The translations under genes were made by a program, and so were the position numbers. The notes below the pieces were generated by a model, which was given only the letters and a program-made list of their open reading frames with translations, did not search any database and had not been told where the DNA came from. A stretch of DNA of 64,000 bases from Microcoleus sp. GTDB taxonomy: Bacteria; Cyanobacteriota; Cyanobacteriia; Cyanobacteriales; Microcoleaceae. The DNA lies in contig JAYFMW010000030.1 of the NCBI GenBank assembly GCA_042408215.1, positions 416,001-480,000 on the forward strand, written 5' to 3'. Every line of letters starts with the position of its first letter. Position 1 is the stretch's first letter. Below are positions 1-10,550 of this stretch, piece after piece.

Positions 1-955
1 CTATTCAAGTTATATCGCCCCGGAAGCTATAGCTCAATTTGAGAAAGAGAATAATGTCAAAATTCAATATGATACTTTCGAGAATAGCGATGCACTCTAC
101 GCCAAACTCAAACAGGGAAATCCTGGTTATGATGTGATATTTCCCGCCGATTACATGGTGAGAATTATGGTATCGGAGAACATACTTGAACCGCTAAATT
201 TGCCGAACATTCCTAACCAAAAAAACCTCGATTCAAACTTTACCAGCCAAACATTCGATCCAGGTAATAAATATTCCTTGCCCTATCAGTGGGGAACAAT
301 GGGAATTGGTTACAATTTCAAAGCAACCAAGGGGGAAATTAATAGTTGGGCGGCGATGTTTGACCCGAAATATACTGGAAAAATAGCATGGCAAGATGAT
401 GCCAGATACACTTTTGCAGCCGTATTGATGTATTTAGGTTTTGATCCAAATACAACTAATCCTGAAGAGATTAACAAAGCGCGAGACTTGTTGATTAAAA
501 GTAATAATATCATTGCAGCTTTTGTCCCGGACACGGGTCAAGCTCTGCTCGATCAAGGAGAAGTTAATGTGACAATGGAATGGAGTGGCGATCTTTTCCA
601 AGTTATGAAAGAGAATCCCAATCTCCGCTATGCTATTCCGAAAGAAGGAACTATTGTCTTTTCTGACAACATGGCAATTCCCAAAGGTGCACCTCATAAA
701 GAGTTGGCTGAGAAATTTATTAACTTTGTTTTGCAGCCAGACGTTGGGGCGAAAATTTCCAATTTTACCCACTATGGTTCGCCGAACAAAGCGGCGATAG
801 TTCAAGGTTTAATTGACCCGAAAGATTTGACCAATCCTCAAATTTATCCGCCGGCTGAGGTGTTTGGCAAAATGAAATTCTTGCAGGATGTTGGGAAAGC
901 AACTGCATTGTACGATCGAGCTTGGACGGAAGTTAAAGCAGGCGCTGGGAAATAG
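1..955 (+). CDS. potD: Spermidine/putrescine ABC transporter substrate-binding protein (5' truncated by window edge)
   Basis: Frame is open from base 2 (YSSYIAPEAIAQFEKENNVKIQYDTF...GYDVIFP); PYQWGTMGIGYN and IPKEG motifs; adjacent to potA. Confidence 0.9.
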   Translation, partial: YSSYIAPEAIAQFEKENNVKIQYDTFENSDALYAKLKQGNPGYDVIFPADYMVRIMVSENILEPLNLPNIPNQKNLDSNFTSQTFDPGNKYSLPYQWGTMGIGYNFKATKGEINSWAAMFDPKYTGKIAWQDDARYTFAAVLMYLGFDPNTTNPEEINKARDLLIKSNNIIAAFVPDTGQALLDQGEVNVTMEWSGDLFQVMKENPNLRYAIPKEGTIVFSDNMAIPKGAPHKELAEKFINFVLQPDVGAKISNFTHYGSPNKAAIVQGLIDPKDLTNPQIYPPAEVFGKMKFLQDVGKATALYDRAWTEVKAGAGK

Positions 956-973
956 ATAGAAAACACATAATTT

Positions 974-1039
974 GTAGGGTGCTTCAGCAGAGGGTTATTT
1001 GAGCCATAAACGATCGGCTAATCGCGCTCCGCACCCTAC
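974..1039. repeat. GTAG-type REP-like inverted repeat (GTAGGGTGC...GCACCCTAC)
   Basis: Terminal inverted repeat seen directly; related copies at 55382-55446 and 63845-63908. Confidence 0.75.
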
Positions 1040-1069
1040 AATTATAGCTCACTCATAACTGTCAACACA

Positions 1070-2158
1070 ATGCACGCAGTAGAAGTCTTAAACGTTTCCA
1101 AATTATTTAAAAGTGCCCGCAGTCAAGATTTTTTGGCTGTAGACAATATCAATCTGCAAATTTACGATCGAGAATTTTTTTCTTTGCTTGGCCCTTCAGG
1201 CTGTGGGAAAACTACAACTTTGCGAATGATTGCGGGCTTTGAAATGCCCACAGTGGGGGAAATTTATATTCACAATCAACCGATGCAAAATCGGATGCCA
1301 TTTCACCGCCCAGTGAATACAGTTTTTCAAAATTATGCTTTGTTTCCGCACATGACAGTAGCACAAAATGTTGCTTTTGGGTTGGAAATGGAGAATTTGC
1401 CCGCACAACAAATTCGCGATCGCGTTTCTCAAACTTTAAAGTTAGTCCAGTTAACGGATGTAGAAAAACGCTATCCGCGCCAACTCTCAGGAGGACAGCA
1501 GCAGCGGGTAGCCCTGGCCAGAGCATTAGTGAAGCAGCCGTCTGTTTTGCTTTTGGATGAACCCCTAGGAGCCCTTGATTTAAAATTGCGAAAGGAGATG
1601 CAATTAGAATTAAAAAAAATGCAGCGACAATTGGGAATTACGTTTATTTATGTAACTCACGATCAAGAAGAAGCATTAACAATGTCGGACAGAATTGCAG
1701 TGATGGAGGGAGGAAAATTGCAACAAGTGGGAACGCCGATCGATATTTATGAATATCCGAAAACGCGGTTTGTTGCTGATTTTATCGGTGATAGCAATTT
1801 CTTAAGCGGGCGAGTAGTGGAAAAGCAAAATGGTAAAGTAGTAGTGTTAGTTGATCGACAGTTGTCTGTGTTAGTGGCGACGGCGGAGGATATGCCGGCG
1901 GGGAAAGTTGTCACCTTGGTGTTGCGGCCAGAAAAAGTGGCTATTTATCCGGCTAATTATGAGGCTGAGTATAGTTGGCCGGGAACTGTTGAAGAGGCAA
2001 TTTATATTGGTACTGACACGCGGTATATTGTGCGATTGACTGCTAAAAGTTCGATCGCAATTCGCCGACAAAATTTGCACAGAGATGACTTGCAGCGGCA
2101 CAGAGTCGGCGACAGCGTTCTTGTCGCTGTGCCGCCGGAAAGTATCTGTATTTTATAG
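1070..2158 (+). CDS. potA: Polyamine ABC transporter ATP-binding protein
   Basis: Walker A GPSGCGKT, LSGGQQQRVALARAL, LLLDEPLGALD, C-terminal TOBE-like region. Confidence 0.92.
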   Translation: MHAVEVLNVSKLFKSARSQDFLAVDNINLQIYDREFFSLLGPSGCGKTTTLRMIAGFEMPTVGEIYIHNQPMQNRMPFHRPVNTVFQNYALFPHMTVAQNVAFGLEMENLPAQQIRDRVSQTLKLVQLTDVEKRYPRQLSGGQQQRVALARALVKQPSVLLLDEPLGALDLKLRKEMQLELKKMQRQLGITFIYVTHDQEEALTMSDRIAVMEGGKLQQVGTPIDIYEYPKTRFVADFIGDSNFLSGRVVEKQNGKVVVLVDRQLSVLVATAEDMPAGKVVTLVLRPEKVAIYPANYEAEYSWPGTVEEAIYIGTDTRYIVRLTAKSSIAIRRQNLHRDDLQRHRVGDSVLVAVPPESICIL

Positions 2159-2226
2159 CCGTGATTTCTGGTAAATACCCGACTTCTAAATCAAATTTAT
2201 TCAATGGCAATTCCGAAATTGAGTGA

Positions 2227-2362
2227 TCTCAATTCCGGTAGCATCGGAATTAATATTAGCCGAAATTAGGAGACGGCAGTGCCGTGTCCCTACAATATTA
2301 TTTTGGGGTAGGGACACGGCATTGCCGTCTCCTCTATTATTCCGGTGCAACCGGATTTGATA
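2227..2362. mobile_element. MITE with ~25-bp TIR (TCCGGTTGCATCGGAAT core), TGA duplication, internal GTAGGGACACGGC REP pair
   Basis: TGA at 2224-2226 and 2363-2365; same family at 39165-39325 and partially 25053-25147. Confidence 0.7.
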
Positions 2363-2475
2363 TGAGGTACATAGTTCTTGTAGGGACACGGCAGTGCCGT
2401 GTCCCTAGGGCGATATTGATAGTACCTATAAACCTGCAATTTTCTGATAACTGGGAACGAGCAAAACCAGTAATT

Positions 2476-4536
2476 TTAAGGTGAGGGAATTTCCGCCGAG
2501 GGAGAAGGAGTTTCCGCAGTCGGCGATGGCGACGACTGCGGAGTTTCCGCAGTCGGCGATGGGCTCTGCTGTGGAGTTGGGGCGAGACTTTCAGGCGGTG
2601 GCGGAAGTGGCTCCGGTACTGGCTCTGGGGTTGGGCGGTTGCGTACCCACAAACCTAAAGCCAGGCCAGCTAACATCAGCCCCAACAGCCCTAACACCGA
2701 TAGTAAAAGCTTTAACCGCTGCTGTTTTTGAGCTGGTTCCTGGGGAGTGTTGGTTTCCGGGTAGAGCAACTGTTTGGAAGATTCTGACATTTGAGACTCT
2801 GGAATGCTGGCTGACATGGGCCCTGACATGGGCAGTGATATCGACGCGGTAGTCGGTGCTGACACAGGTGCTGATACTGATTTTGGGTCAAATAGTACCA
2901 ATCTCTCTGGTGACATTCGACAGTGAGTCGCAACTACAGAGGTGTTGTCGTAACCGTTTTTCTCGTTGGCTAGCTGAATCAAAGACTGAACTGCCGCCTC
3001 TAAAGACATCTCGCCTTTGAGTACCGCAGGGCCGTAACTTGCCCAAGATTGCTCAACCCAGTTGTTGTCGCTCAAACCGTCTGAACACAGGAGCAATAAG
3101 CCTTCGTCTTCGATCATAAATCGCTGAATCGTCGGGTGTAGGAAATCGCCGTCTCGTGTGCCCAAAGCTTGAGTCAGAGCTCCTGCATCGTTTCGGCTTT
3201 GGGCTTCCCAGTACAAACTGTGTCCGAGTCGCACTTCTCTGGATGCTACGTCATCATCGACTGTCAGCCGCTGGCAAGAATTTTCGGAGATCCAATAAGC
3301 GCGGCTGTCTCCGACATTGACTAAATAAAGTTCGTGGCTGTTATTCAGGAGCAAATCCTCGGACATAATTTTTACCTTTTGAGGTAACTGGAGAGCCATC
3401 ACTAAAGTTGTTCCCATCCGCTCTCGTAACTCTTTTCCCTGCTGGTTATTCTGAGCGGAAATCACATTATTCACAACTCTCACAATCTCTTCGAGTTGCT
3501 TAATTACCATTGTCGGTGTCATCAATTCATCTTGTTCAGCGATTTCTGCGAGGAAATTTTGAATCAAAGCTTTCAGAGACTGGACGGCTAGTTGACTTGC
3601 AATTTCTCCCCCTTCGTGGCCTCCAACCCCGTCACAAACTATGGTTAAATAAGGAATTAGTTTGTCGTTACCCGCTGTTTTGCTAGATTTCAAATCGGAT
3701 GGAGTCGGATAGCAACTGTCTTCATTATGGGAGCGTTGAGGGCCGGTATCCGTCAGGCCAAATACATCTAAATCCAAAGGTAATTGAGCTGCTTGTTCTA
3801 ACAGTAACTCGTTGAGTTCGAGGGCGATCGCCTCCAAATTCATGCTGCTGCGGCGCATAAACAGACAAATCTCTCCGAGTCTCGACTGTACCTGGGGCCG
3901 AGCCGATTCCACCAAACCCGACCACACATCTCCCAAATCCCGTAGCGTCGGCTGATAATTGCCCTTGTGTAGTTGCAGCAGCCGCACCCGCGAACCTTCT
4001 ACTCGCAAATTTTCTGGGACTAGCAAACTCGAAGCTACTCCCTGTTCCGACAGTGGTGTCCACAATTGGATCATTTGCCACAACCAGTAAACTTGGCGCA
4101 CGGCGGTTGTGTGAGACCAAGCTTCTAAAATAGAAGGATACAAGCGACCGTAAGTGTCGATCGGCACATTTTCTAACAATAGGGCGATCGCTGTTTCCGC
4201 TGCTTCCCCCAGTGGACAAAAACCGTATACTTCAGGCGTATGCAGCCGTTGGGGGTATAAGTGAAGGTAAGGCGCGATCGCATCCGGCAGTTCTTCTGGG
4301 ACGATCGGAAGCAAATCTGGACGGCTCTCTAGCCAGATTTGGGGCGCAATCACAAAGTAGCGATCGGCGATGACTGTACCCGCCGGTATCTCCTCAACAG
4401 AAGGCTCTACCACCCACAAATATCGATAAATCAACTCGGTTTCGCAAGCTGCACAGTGCTGGCTGCCAAAGGTATTGCGGGGTTCGGGACAGCTAGGATT
4501 CTGGCAATAAATGGGTTGGGAGAAACTGTTGATCAT
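2476..4536 (-). CDS. PP2C-family Ser/Thr phosphatase with N-terminal 4-Cys zinc ribbon, C-terminal TM and Pro/Ser-rich tail
   Basis: CQNPSC..CAAC; RSHNEDS, VCDGVGGHEGG, GTT, NVGDSRAY, LCSDGL, DN motifs. Confidence 0.9.
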   Translation of the reverse strand: MINSFSQPIYCQNPSCPEPRNTFGSQHCAACETELIYRYLWVVEPSVEEIPAGTVIADRYFVIAPQIWLESRPDLLPIVPEELPDAIAPYLHLYPQRLHTPEVYGFCPLGEAAETAIALLLENVPIDTYGRLYPSILEAWSHTTAVRQVYWLWQMIQLWTPLSEQGVASSLLVPENLRVEGSRVRLLQLHKGNYQPTLRDLGDVWSGLVESARPQVQSRLGEICLFMRRSSMNLEAIALELNELLLEQAAQLPLDLDVFGLTDTGPQRSHNEDSCYPTPSDLKSSKTAGNDKLIPYLTIVCDGVGGHEGGEIASQLAVQSLKALIQNFLAEIAEQDELMTPTMVIKQLEEIVRVVNNVISAQNNQQGKELRERMGTTLVMALQLPQKVKIMSEDLLLNNSHELYLVNVGDSRAYWISENSCQRLTVDDDVASREVRLGHSLYWEAQSRNDAGALTQALGTRDGDFLHPTIQRFMIEDEGLLLLCSDGLSDNNWVEQSWASYGPAVLKGEMSLEAAVQSLIQLANEKNGYDNTSVVATHCRMSPERLVLFDPKSVSAPVSAPTTASISLPMSGPMSASIPESQMSESSKQLLYPETNTPQEPAQKQQRLKLLLSVLGLLGLMLAGLALGLWVRNRPTPEPVPEPLPPPPESLAPTPQQSPSPTAETPQSSPSPTAETPSPSAEIPSP

Positions 4537-4826
4537 AGGGATTTTTTGTGTAAAAACATTCTGAAGATCTATAACTCGCTAGCCCAAATTCATGAGGGCG
4601 AGAATAAACTGATTTTAGCCCCTATCACTTTCTTAACTCCTAGAAATTGTCGTTGTCGCCAATGTCGATCGGCTCAAACTGTAATCTAAGTTACTAAAAC
4701 TCTGGTGTTGAGGGCGATCCGCTTCGAGGGCGCAGCGTAGGAACCCTGAGTCCGATCGCGGCGACCTCAAGCTGACACCGATCGCGTGAAAAATCGCGAT
4801 CGGGCAGACTTGTCACAAACCTTTAC

Positions 4827-6180
4827 CAAAAGTTTGGGTCTAAAGCCCCGTCCTTCTAGGACGGCTTTAATTTCTATAAAGTGTAAATAATTCTTAAATA
4901 TATGCACTTTGCGAATACAATGCTCTGCAAAAACGATAGAATAATAGCATGATTGTACTAGAGTTCAAGTTAAAAGGTAAAGCGCAGCAGTATCGGGTCA
5001 TAGACGAAATGATCCGCACAGCGCAATTTGTCCGAAACAAAACTCTTAGGCACTGGATTGATCATCAAGGAGTTAAGCTAGTCGATCTATACAAACAATG
5101 CGCCATCATGGCCAAAGAGTTTGAATGGGCGGGTAAGCTTAACTCAACTGCACGTCAAGCTTCGGCTGAACGTGCCATTTTTGCTATTCAACGTTTTTTC
5201 TCGAATTGCCAAGCTAAAAAACCAGGGAAAAAAGGATACCCACAGTTTAAGAAACACACCCGTTCAGTAGAGTACAAACAGTCAGGTTGGGCGCTTTCTA
5301 ACGACAAAAGATGCTTGACGTTTAAAGACGGCTTCGCTGCTGGAAAATTCAAGTTACTCGGTAGTCGAGACTTGCACTTCTATGCGCCTGATGAAATCAA
5401 ACGAATCAGAGTAATCCGTCGTGCCGATGGCTACTACGCCCAATTTTGTATCAACGTGGAACGGACAGAGGAAACAATTCCTACTGGCAAAGCCGTAGGG
5501 TTGGACGTGGGTTTAAACCATTTCTATACCGATAGTACCGGGGTAACAGTTCCAAATCCTCGACATCTCCGTAAAAGTGAAAAAGCTTTAAAGCGGTCGC
5601 AGAAAAGGGTTTCCAGAAAAAAGAAAGGTTCTGGCAATCGTAAAAAAGCTATCAATAAGTTAGGAAGAAAACACCTGAAAGTCAGTAGGCAACGCAAAGA
5701 CTTCGCCATAAAGACGGCGTTGTGCGCGGTAAAATCTAGCGATTTTGTAGCCTACGAAAACCGCCCGGTGCGGAATATGGTGAAAAACCATAAACTTGCA
5801 AAATCAATTAGCGATGCAGCTTGGTCACAGTTTGCTCAATGGTTAGAATATTTTGGAAAAGTGTACGGTAAAACAGTAGTTGCTGTTGCTCCTCAATATA
5901 CTTCTCAAGATTGCTCAACCTGTGGCAATAGTGTTAAGAAAACGCTATCAACTAGAACTCATGTTTGCAGTTGTGGCACGGTATTAGATCGCGATCACAA
6001 TGCAGCTCTGAATATTCTGGCAAAAGGATTAAAACAAACAGGAATCAATCTAAATACGGTGGGGCACACCGAAATTAACGCTTGGGGACAGAACGACCTC
6101 TACTCGTTGGTGGTAGCATCAGCGGGCAAGCCGACTGATTGAACCAAGAATCCTCGTGCCTTCAGGCCGAGGAGTGTCAA
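4827..6180 (+). mobile_element. IS200/IS605-family tnpB-only element, copy 1
   Basis: Preceded by TTTAC (4822-4826); left-end hairpin AAAGCCCCGTCCTTCTAGGACGGCTTT; right end CCTCGTGCCTTCAGGCCGAGGAGTGTCAA; boundaries defined by comparison with copy 2. Confidence 0.88.
4949..6142 (+). CDS. tnpB: RNA-guided endonuclease TnpB
   Basis: RuvC-I GLDVG, RuvC-II YEN, zinc ribbon CSTCG/CSCG, RuvC-III DRDHNAALNI. Confidence 0.95.
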   Translation: MIVLEFKLKGKAQQYRVIDEMIRTAQFVRNKTLRHWIDHQGVKLVDLYKQCAIMAKEFEWAGKLNSTARQASAERAIFAIQRFFSNCQAKKPGKKGYPQFKKHTRSVEYKQSGWALSNDKRCLTFKDGFAAGKFKLLGSRDLHFYAPDEIKRIRVIRRADGYYAQFCINVERTEETIPTGKAVGLDVGLNHFYTDSTGVTVPNPRHLRKSEKALKRSQKRVSRKKKGSGNRKKAINKLGRKHLKVSRQRKDFAIKTALCAVKSSDFVAYENRPVRNMVKNHKLAKSISDAAWSQFAQWLEYFGKVYGKTVVAVAPQYTSQDCSTCGNSVKKTLSTRTHVCSCGTVLDRDHNAALNILAKGLKQTGINLNTVGHTEINAWGQNDLYSLVVASAGKPTD

Positions 6181-6465
6181 GTTAATTTACAAATATTCCT
6201 GTGGTTGGTATTTTCGACCTTTTTTGTGCTAGCTACCAGGCGTTTGATACCAAAAGGCAAGGCCAGGGCGATCGAAGATGCCAAAGAAGCCAAAACATTA
6301 ACAGAAATTCCCCCCGGAGAAGCGGGACGAGTGATTTATGAGGGCAATTCTTGGCGAGCGCGTTGTGAAGATTGCGACGCAGCTATCCCCGCCAACCAAA
6401 ACGTCATTGTAGTCGGACGGAAAGGCACTACTTTGATAGTAGTGCCAGATTTGTTGCATTCATGA
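6181..6465 (+). pseudogene. 5'-truncated NfeD-like (OB-fold) gene, partner of the downstream SPFH gene
   Basis: One TM segment then GRVIYEGNSWRARC...VIVVGRKGTTLIVVP; usual N-terminal TM helices absent; begins right at the IS right end. Confidence 0.8.
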
Positions 6466-6477
6466 AAAAAATGCGAA

Positions 6478-6695
6478 ATTGGTAATTGGGCATTGGTAGT
6501 TGGGAATTGGGCATTGGGAATTGGGCCGAAGAGCATTGGGAATTGGGAATTGGGAATTGGGAATTGGGAATTGGGAATTGGGCCGAAGAGCATTGGGCCG
6601 AAGAGCATTGGGCCGAAGAGCATTGGGCATTGGAACTAACCAACAGTTAACAGTTAACAGTTAACAGCTAACAGCTAACAGTTAACAATCAACAA
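6478..6695. repeat. STRR heptamer tracts (TTGGGAA/TTGGGCA with GGCCGAAGAGCA inserts, then AACAGTT)
   Basis: Tandem heptamers seen directly. Confidence 0.9.
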
Positions 6696-6711
6696 TTATT
6701 AGGATACGACC

Positions 6712-7686
6712 GTGGAACAGTTTTTTTTGTTAGTATTTTTAGCATTAGGCGGCTCTGCCCTCGCAGGTTCCGTCAAGATTATCAATCAGGGAAATCAAGC
6801 GTTGGTAGAAACTTTAGGTAAATACAGCGGCAAGAAACTCGAACCGGGCTTAAATTTTGTAATGCCATTTCTCGATCGAGTCGTTTACGAGCAAACAATT
6901 CGGGAAAAAGTCTTAGACATTCCCCCCCAAGCTTGTATCACCCGCGATAACGTTTCCTTCACCGTTGATGCTGTCGTTTATTGGCGGATTGTGGACTTGG
7001 AAAAAGCCTGTTATAAGGTAGAAAATCTTCAGTCAGCAATGGTTAATATGGTGCTCACCCAAATTCGCGCCGAAATGGGTCAACTCGACCTCGAACAAAC
7101 CTTTACTGCTCGTTCTCAAATTAATGAAATCTTGCTCAGAGATTTAGACATTGTTACCGATCCTTGGGGAGTGAAAGTGACGCGGGTTGAATTGCGCGAT
7201 ATTATCCCTTCTAAAACTGTACAGGAATCGATGGAATTGCAGATGGCAGCCGATCGCCGTAAACGGGCGGCAATTCTGACATCCGAAGGCGAACGGGAGT
7301 CAGCGGTTAACAGCGCCAAAGGTAAAGCCGAAGCCCAAGTTTTGGATGCAGAAGCGCGCCAAAAAGCGACTATTTTGGAAGCAGAAGCTCAACAAAAGGC
7401 GATCGTCCTGAAAGCTCAAGCAGAACGCCAAAGTCAGGTTTTGAGAGCTCAAGCTACTTCTGAGGCCTTGCAAATTATCGGTAAAACTCTGCAAACTGAC
7501 CCCAATGCCCGGGAAGCTTTACAATTTTTGTTAGCTCAAAACTATTTGGATATGGGCTTGAAAATTGGCACCAGCGGCAGCAGCAAGGTGATGTTTATGG
7601 ACCCGCGCAGCATTCCCGCTACCCTTGAAGGAATGCGATCGATTGTTGGGGAAGGTAATAATAATGAGGTGAAAAAGTTGTCTTAA
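6712..7686 (+). CDS. SPFH/band 7 (stomatin-like) protein
   Basis: N-terminal [37 protein letters not shown]-rich coiled coil. Confidence 0.93.
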   Translation: MEQFFLLVFLALGGSALAGSVKIINQGNQALVETLGKYSGKKLEPGLNFVMPFLDRVVYEQTIREKVLDIPPQACITRDNVSFTVDAVVYWRIVDLEKACYKVENLQSAMVNMVLTQIRAEMGQLDLEQTFTARSQINEILLRDLDIVTDPWGVKVTRVELRDIIPSKTVQESMELQMAADRRKRAAILTSEGERESAVNSAKGKAEAQVLDAEARQKATILEAEAQQKAIVLKAQAERQSQVLRAQATSEALQIIGKTLQTDPNAREALQFLLAQNYLDMGLKIGTSGSSKVMFMDPRSIPATLEGMRSIVGEGNNNEVKKLS

Positions 7687-7728
7687 AGATATTGTTGCGG
7701 GCCATAGATATCTATTTACATGGTGTTT

Positions 7729-7923
7729 GTAGGGGCGGGTTCCACCAACAATAATTGCCAATAATTAACGATCTCTCAAACCCGCCCCCACCCCACGGTA
7801 AATGCCCGCGTAAATTTTTGGCATTTAATAAAAATAAAGGTTGATTTATATTATCTGTGATGGGGGCGGGTTTATTTAGATTGTTTGTATGCGTTAAATA
7901 TGGTTTGTAAAACCCGCCCCTAG
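7729..7923. repeat. REPIN-like doublet of GTAGGGGCGGGTT...AACCCGCCCC units
   Basis: Four half-sites forming nested inverted repeats between convergent genes. Confidence 0.75.
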
Positions 7924-7958
7924 GAGAATTAGGGTCAATCTATTTCCTTCTTCCTTCC

Positions 7959-8351
7959 CTAAGATTCGTGAGCGAGAGTGCACCGATCGCACAATCCAAA
8001 AAACTCCAAAGTGTGATAGTAAATCTTAAAAGAATGAGATTGTTGCAATTGGCTTTCTAAGTGGTGAACCGGGCATTCGTCAATGGTAATTGACGCGCCA
8101 CATTCCAGACAAGTTAAATGATGTTGGTCTTGGTGGGCGGCACCGTAAAGAGACTCACCGCTAGGGAGGGTTCTAACGTGAACCAACCCTTCTCGTTTTA
8201 AACCGTCGAGGGAACGGTAAACAGTTGCTAAGCCCATGCTGTGGTCGCTGTTACGCAGTTCTAAGTAGATATCTTGCGCTGAGAGCGATCGATTAAAGTG
8301 CTTGAGTAAGTGTAAAATACGCTCCTGACTGCGGGTGCGGTTAGTTCTCAT
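7959..8351 (-). CDS. zur: Fur-family regulator, Zur/FurB type
   Basis: RTRSQERIL, MGLATVYRSL, HHLTCLECG, FFGLCDRC; resembles Anabaena FurB/Zur as recalled. Confidence 0.85.
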   Translation of the reverse strand: MRTNRTRSQERILHLLKHFNRSLSAQDIYLELRNSDHSMGLATVYRSLDGLKREGLVHVRTLPSGESLYGAAHQDQHHLTCLECGASITIDECPVHHLESQLQQSHSFKIYYHTLEFFGLCDRCTLAHES

Positions 8352-8494
8352 AATTTTATTGTGTAATCTGCTGGAATCAAATCTTTCCCTGTTTCTAGGC
8401 TAGCTCACTTGGGGTCAGGAAAGGGCGATCGGTGTCCAGCCTAGTTGTAGAATAAGATGGCCATAACTTTCGCATCACCTACCGCAACATTGCT

Positions 8495-8779
8495 GTGACT
8501 CAAAAATATCTTGCCCAAATCTATGTTACCCTCCGCCCTTCGGTTTTAGACCCGGCCGGCACTGCCGTACAGTCTGGTTTGCAACACATGGGATACGACA
8601 ATGTTGAGCGTGTGCGAATCGGGAAGTACGTTGAATTGACGCTGACTGCTGCTGGTGAGTCGGAGGCCCGCGAACAACTCGATCGCATTTGCGACCAACT
8701 TTTGGCCAATCCAGTGATTGAGAATTATCGCTTTGATTTGACTGAAATTCCTGTTGCTGTCGAGACAGTGGCGGCATAA
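8495..8779 (+). CDS. purS: Phosphoribosylformylglycinamidine synthase subunit PurS
   Basis: VLDPAG, VRIGK, LLANPVIENY. Confidence 0.95.
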   Translation: MTQKYLAQIYVTLRPSVLDPAGTAVQSGLQHMGYDNVERVRIGKYVELTLTAAGESEAREQLDRICDQLLANPVIENYRFDLTEIPVAVETVAA

Positions 8780-8791
8780 ATTCGATCGCCC

Positions 8792-8994
8792 CTAGGGTGT
8801 GTTTTTTGCCCCGGAGATCCCCCCTAGCCCCCCTTAAGAAGGGGAGTAGGGGGTGGGACAAGAGTGTTCAGAGTCTCTGTTAAAGACACAAGAACTCCGA
8901 ACACTCAAAGTCCCCCTTCTTAAGGGGGATTTAGGGGGATCTAGACTCAGATAAAAGCGAGAAAAACATAAGATTTCAGTCTTAAGTTGACACC
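8792..8994. mobile_element. MITE remnant with CCCCCTAGCCCCCCTTAAGAAGGGG / TTAAGGGGGATTTAGGGGGATC palindromic core
   Basis: Same core at 39124, 39722, 41133, 47998, 51125; 3' part matches one end of the 47941-48148 element. Confidence 0.7.
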
Positions 8995-9058
8995 TCTCCT
9001 TCTTCTATCCATCCGTTACATCCGTTACAAAATCCGTTGCCGAACTTTCTTTGTGCTT

Positions 9059-9760
9059 ATGAAATTTGGAGTTATTGTTTTTCCGGGTTCAAATTGCGAT
9101 CGCGATGTGGTATGGGTAACTCAAGGGTTACTCCACCAACCGACGCGGATGATTTGGCACGAAGATACCGACATTTCGGATATCGATATTATGGTAGTTC
9201 CCGGCGGTTTCAGTTACGGAGATTATTTGCGGTGCGGCGCGATCGCCCGTTTTTCTCCGGCGATGCGGGCTACTGCGGAACACGCGAACAAAGGCAAACT
9301 TGTACTGGGTATTTGCAACGGTTTTCAGGTGCTGACTGAAGCTGGTTTACTCCCCGGTGCTCTGGTGCGGAATGCGGGATTGAATTTTATTTGCGATCGC
9401 ACTTCGTTGAAAGTCGAACGCAGTAATACTCCTTGGACTTCGGCTTATAGTTCGGGAGAAATCATCGATTTGCCGATCGCCCACGGCGAAGGCAACTATT
9501 ATGCCGATGCCGATACTGTAGCAGAACTAGAAGAACACGATCAAGTGTTGTTTCGCTACTGCACGGATGCGGGCGAAATTAGCGATGCTGGGAATCCCAA
9601 CGGTTCGTTAAATAATATTGCGGGTATTTGCAATCGGGCGGGAAATGTGTTAGGAATGATGCCGCATCCTGAACGGGCATCCGATACCATGTTGGGCGAA
9701 ACTGATGGGATGAAATTGTTTCAAGGGTTGCTGATGTCAACTGTTGCTGCAATTTTATAG
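9059..9760 (+). CDS. purQ: Phosphoribosylformylglycinamidine synthase subunit PurQ
   Basis: FPGSNCDRD, PGGFSYGDYLR, GICNGFQ, MMPHPER; start moved to ATG 9059. Confidence 0.96.
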   Translation: MKFGVIVFPGSNCDRDVVWVTQGLLHQPTRMIWHEDTDISDIDIMVVPGGFSYGDYLRCGAIARFSPAMRATAEHANKGKLVLGICNGFQVLTEAGLLPGALVRNAGLNFICDRTSLKVERSNTPWTSAYSSGEIIDLPIAHGEGNYYADADTVAELEEHDQVLFRYCTDAGEISDAGNPNGSLNNIAGICNRAGNVLGMMPHPERASDTMLGETDGMKLFQGLLMSTVAAIL

Positions 9761-9777
9761 TTGATATTTGCGATGTT

Positions 9778-9940
9778 GTAGGGGCGGGTTTTACGAATAA
9801 TAATCGCCTGAAACTAACAATCTCATAAACCCGCCCCGGCCCCAATACTAACGAACCCAAATTTGGTATTATTTCCTGTAGGGGCGGGTTTTACCAAAAA
9901 TAATCGCGCTCAAACCAAAAATCTCATAAACCCGCCCCGG
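9778..9940. repeat. Two tandem GTAGGGGCGGGTTTTAC...AAACCCGCCCCGG REP-like units
   Basis: Near-identical ~60-bp units at 9778 and 9878. Confidence 0.8.
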
Positions 9941-9952
9941 CCGCTCTTTTAG

Positions 9953-10516
9953 CTATGATAATTCACGCAATATGGTTTCGATCGCCAAATCGGACAAACC
10001 AAGCACCAAAGCGATTTGGCATGGTTCGATACCTTGACTGTGCAATTTACAAACAACATCAGCAACATCAATTTCGAGCCGTTCGATCTGAGTTTTGAAT
10101 CTGGAGTCAGTGAGGTGATTATTGTCAGAGTCGCTAGGCGGTGAAAGACAGGGGTTGAGGTTGAGGGTGTGGACGTATTCGACGTATTGAATATAATCTC
10201 TGCCGAAGTTTGAGGTATTGCTGATATTTCTGCGATCGCAAGCAGCTTTGAGATTAGATTTTTGCATCTCTTCATCCATCACCACGGAGAGAGTTTTAAG
10301 CAACTTGTAGCCGACTTCTCGGACATATTTTGTAGTGTAGCGGGTGTCGCGGGCGATCGTTTCGTAGGTTTTGCCATCATACATTCCCTGAAACAGTAAC
10401 CGTTGCAGCGTGTTGAGATGCTTCCCAGTTTTCTCGAAGATGAGGCCATCAACTAATTTTAGCAGTTCGTTTTCGTCAGGGACGGCTTGCAACGGGCGAT
10501 CGTCGTTGGGCTGCAT
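9953..10516 (-). CDS. Small putative DNA-binding protein: N-terminal HTH of the type found on cyanobacterial NACHT/NB-ARC/AAA proteins plus C-terminal HTH-like tail
   Basis: KTGKHLNTLQ...GKTYETIA...YVREVGYKLLKTLS...KSNL; paralogue of 54036-54587. Confidence 0.75.
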   Translation of the reverse strand: MQPNDDRPLQAVPDENELLKLVDGLIFEKTGKHLNTLQRLLFQGMYDGKTYETIARDTRYTTKYVREVGYKLLKTLSVVMDEEMQKSNLKAACDRRNISNTSNFGRDYIQYVEYVHTLNLNPCLSPPSDSDNNHLTDSRFKTQIERLEIDVADVVCKLHSQGIEPCQIALVLGLSDLAIETILRELS

Positions 10517-10550
10517 GGGTTGAGTAAGGGCAAAATAAAATTGTGTGAAA

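Noticed and set aside
4714..4742. Second SDR-like insertion at a HIP1 half site
   Set aside because: Suggestive only; boundaries cannot be defined in non-coding DNA
6336..6643. PIPNSQF-repeat ORFs
   Set aside because: Translations of STRR heptamer tracts
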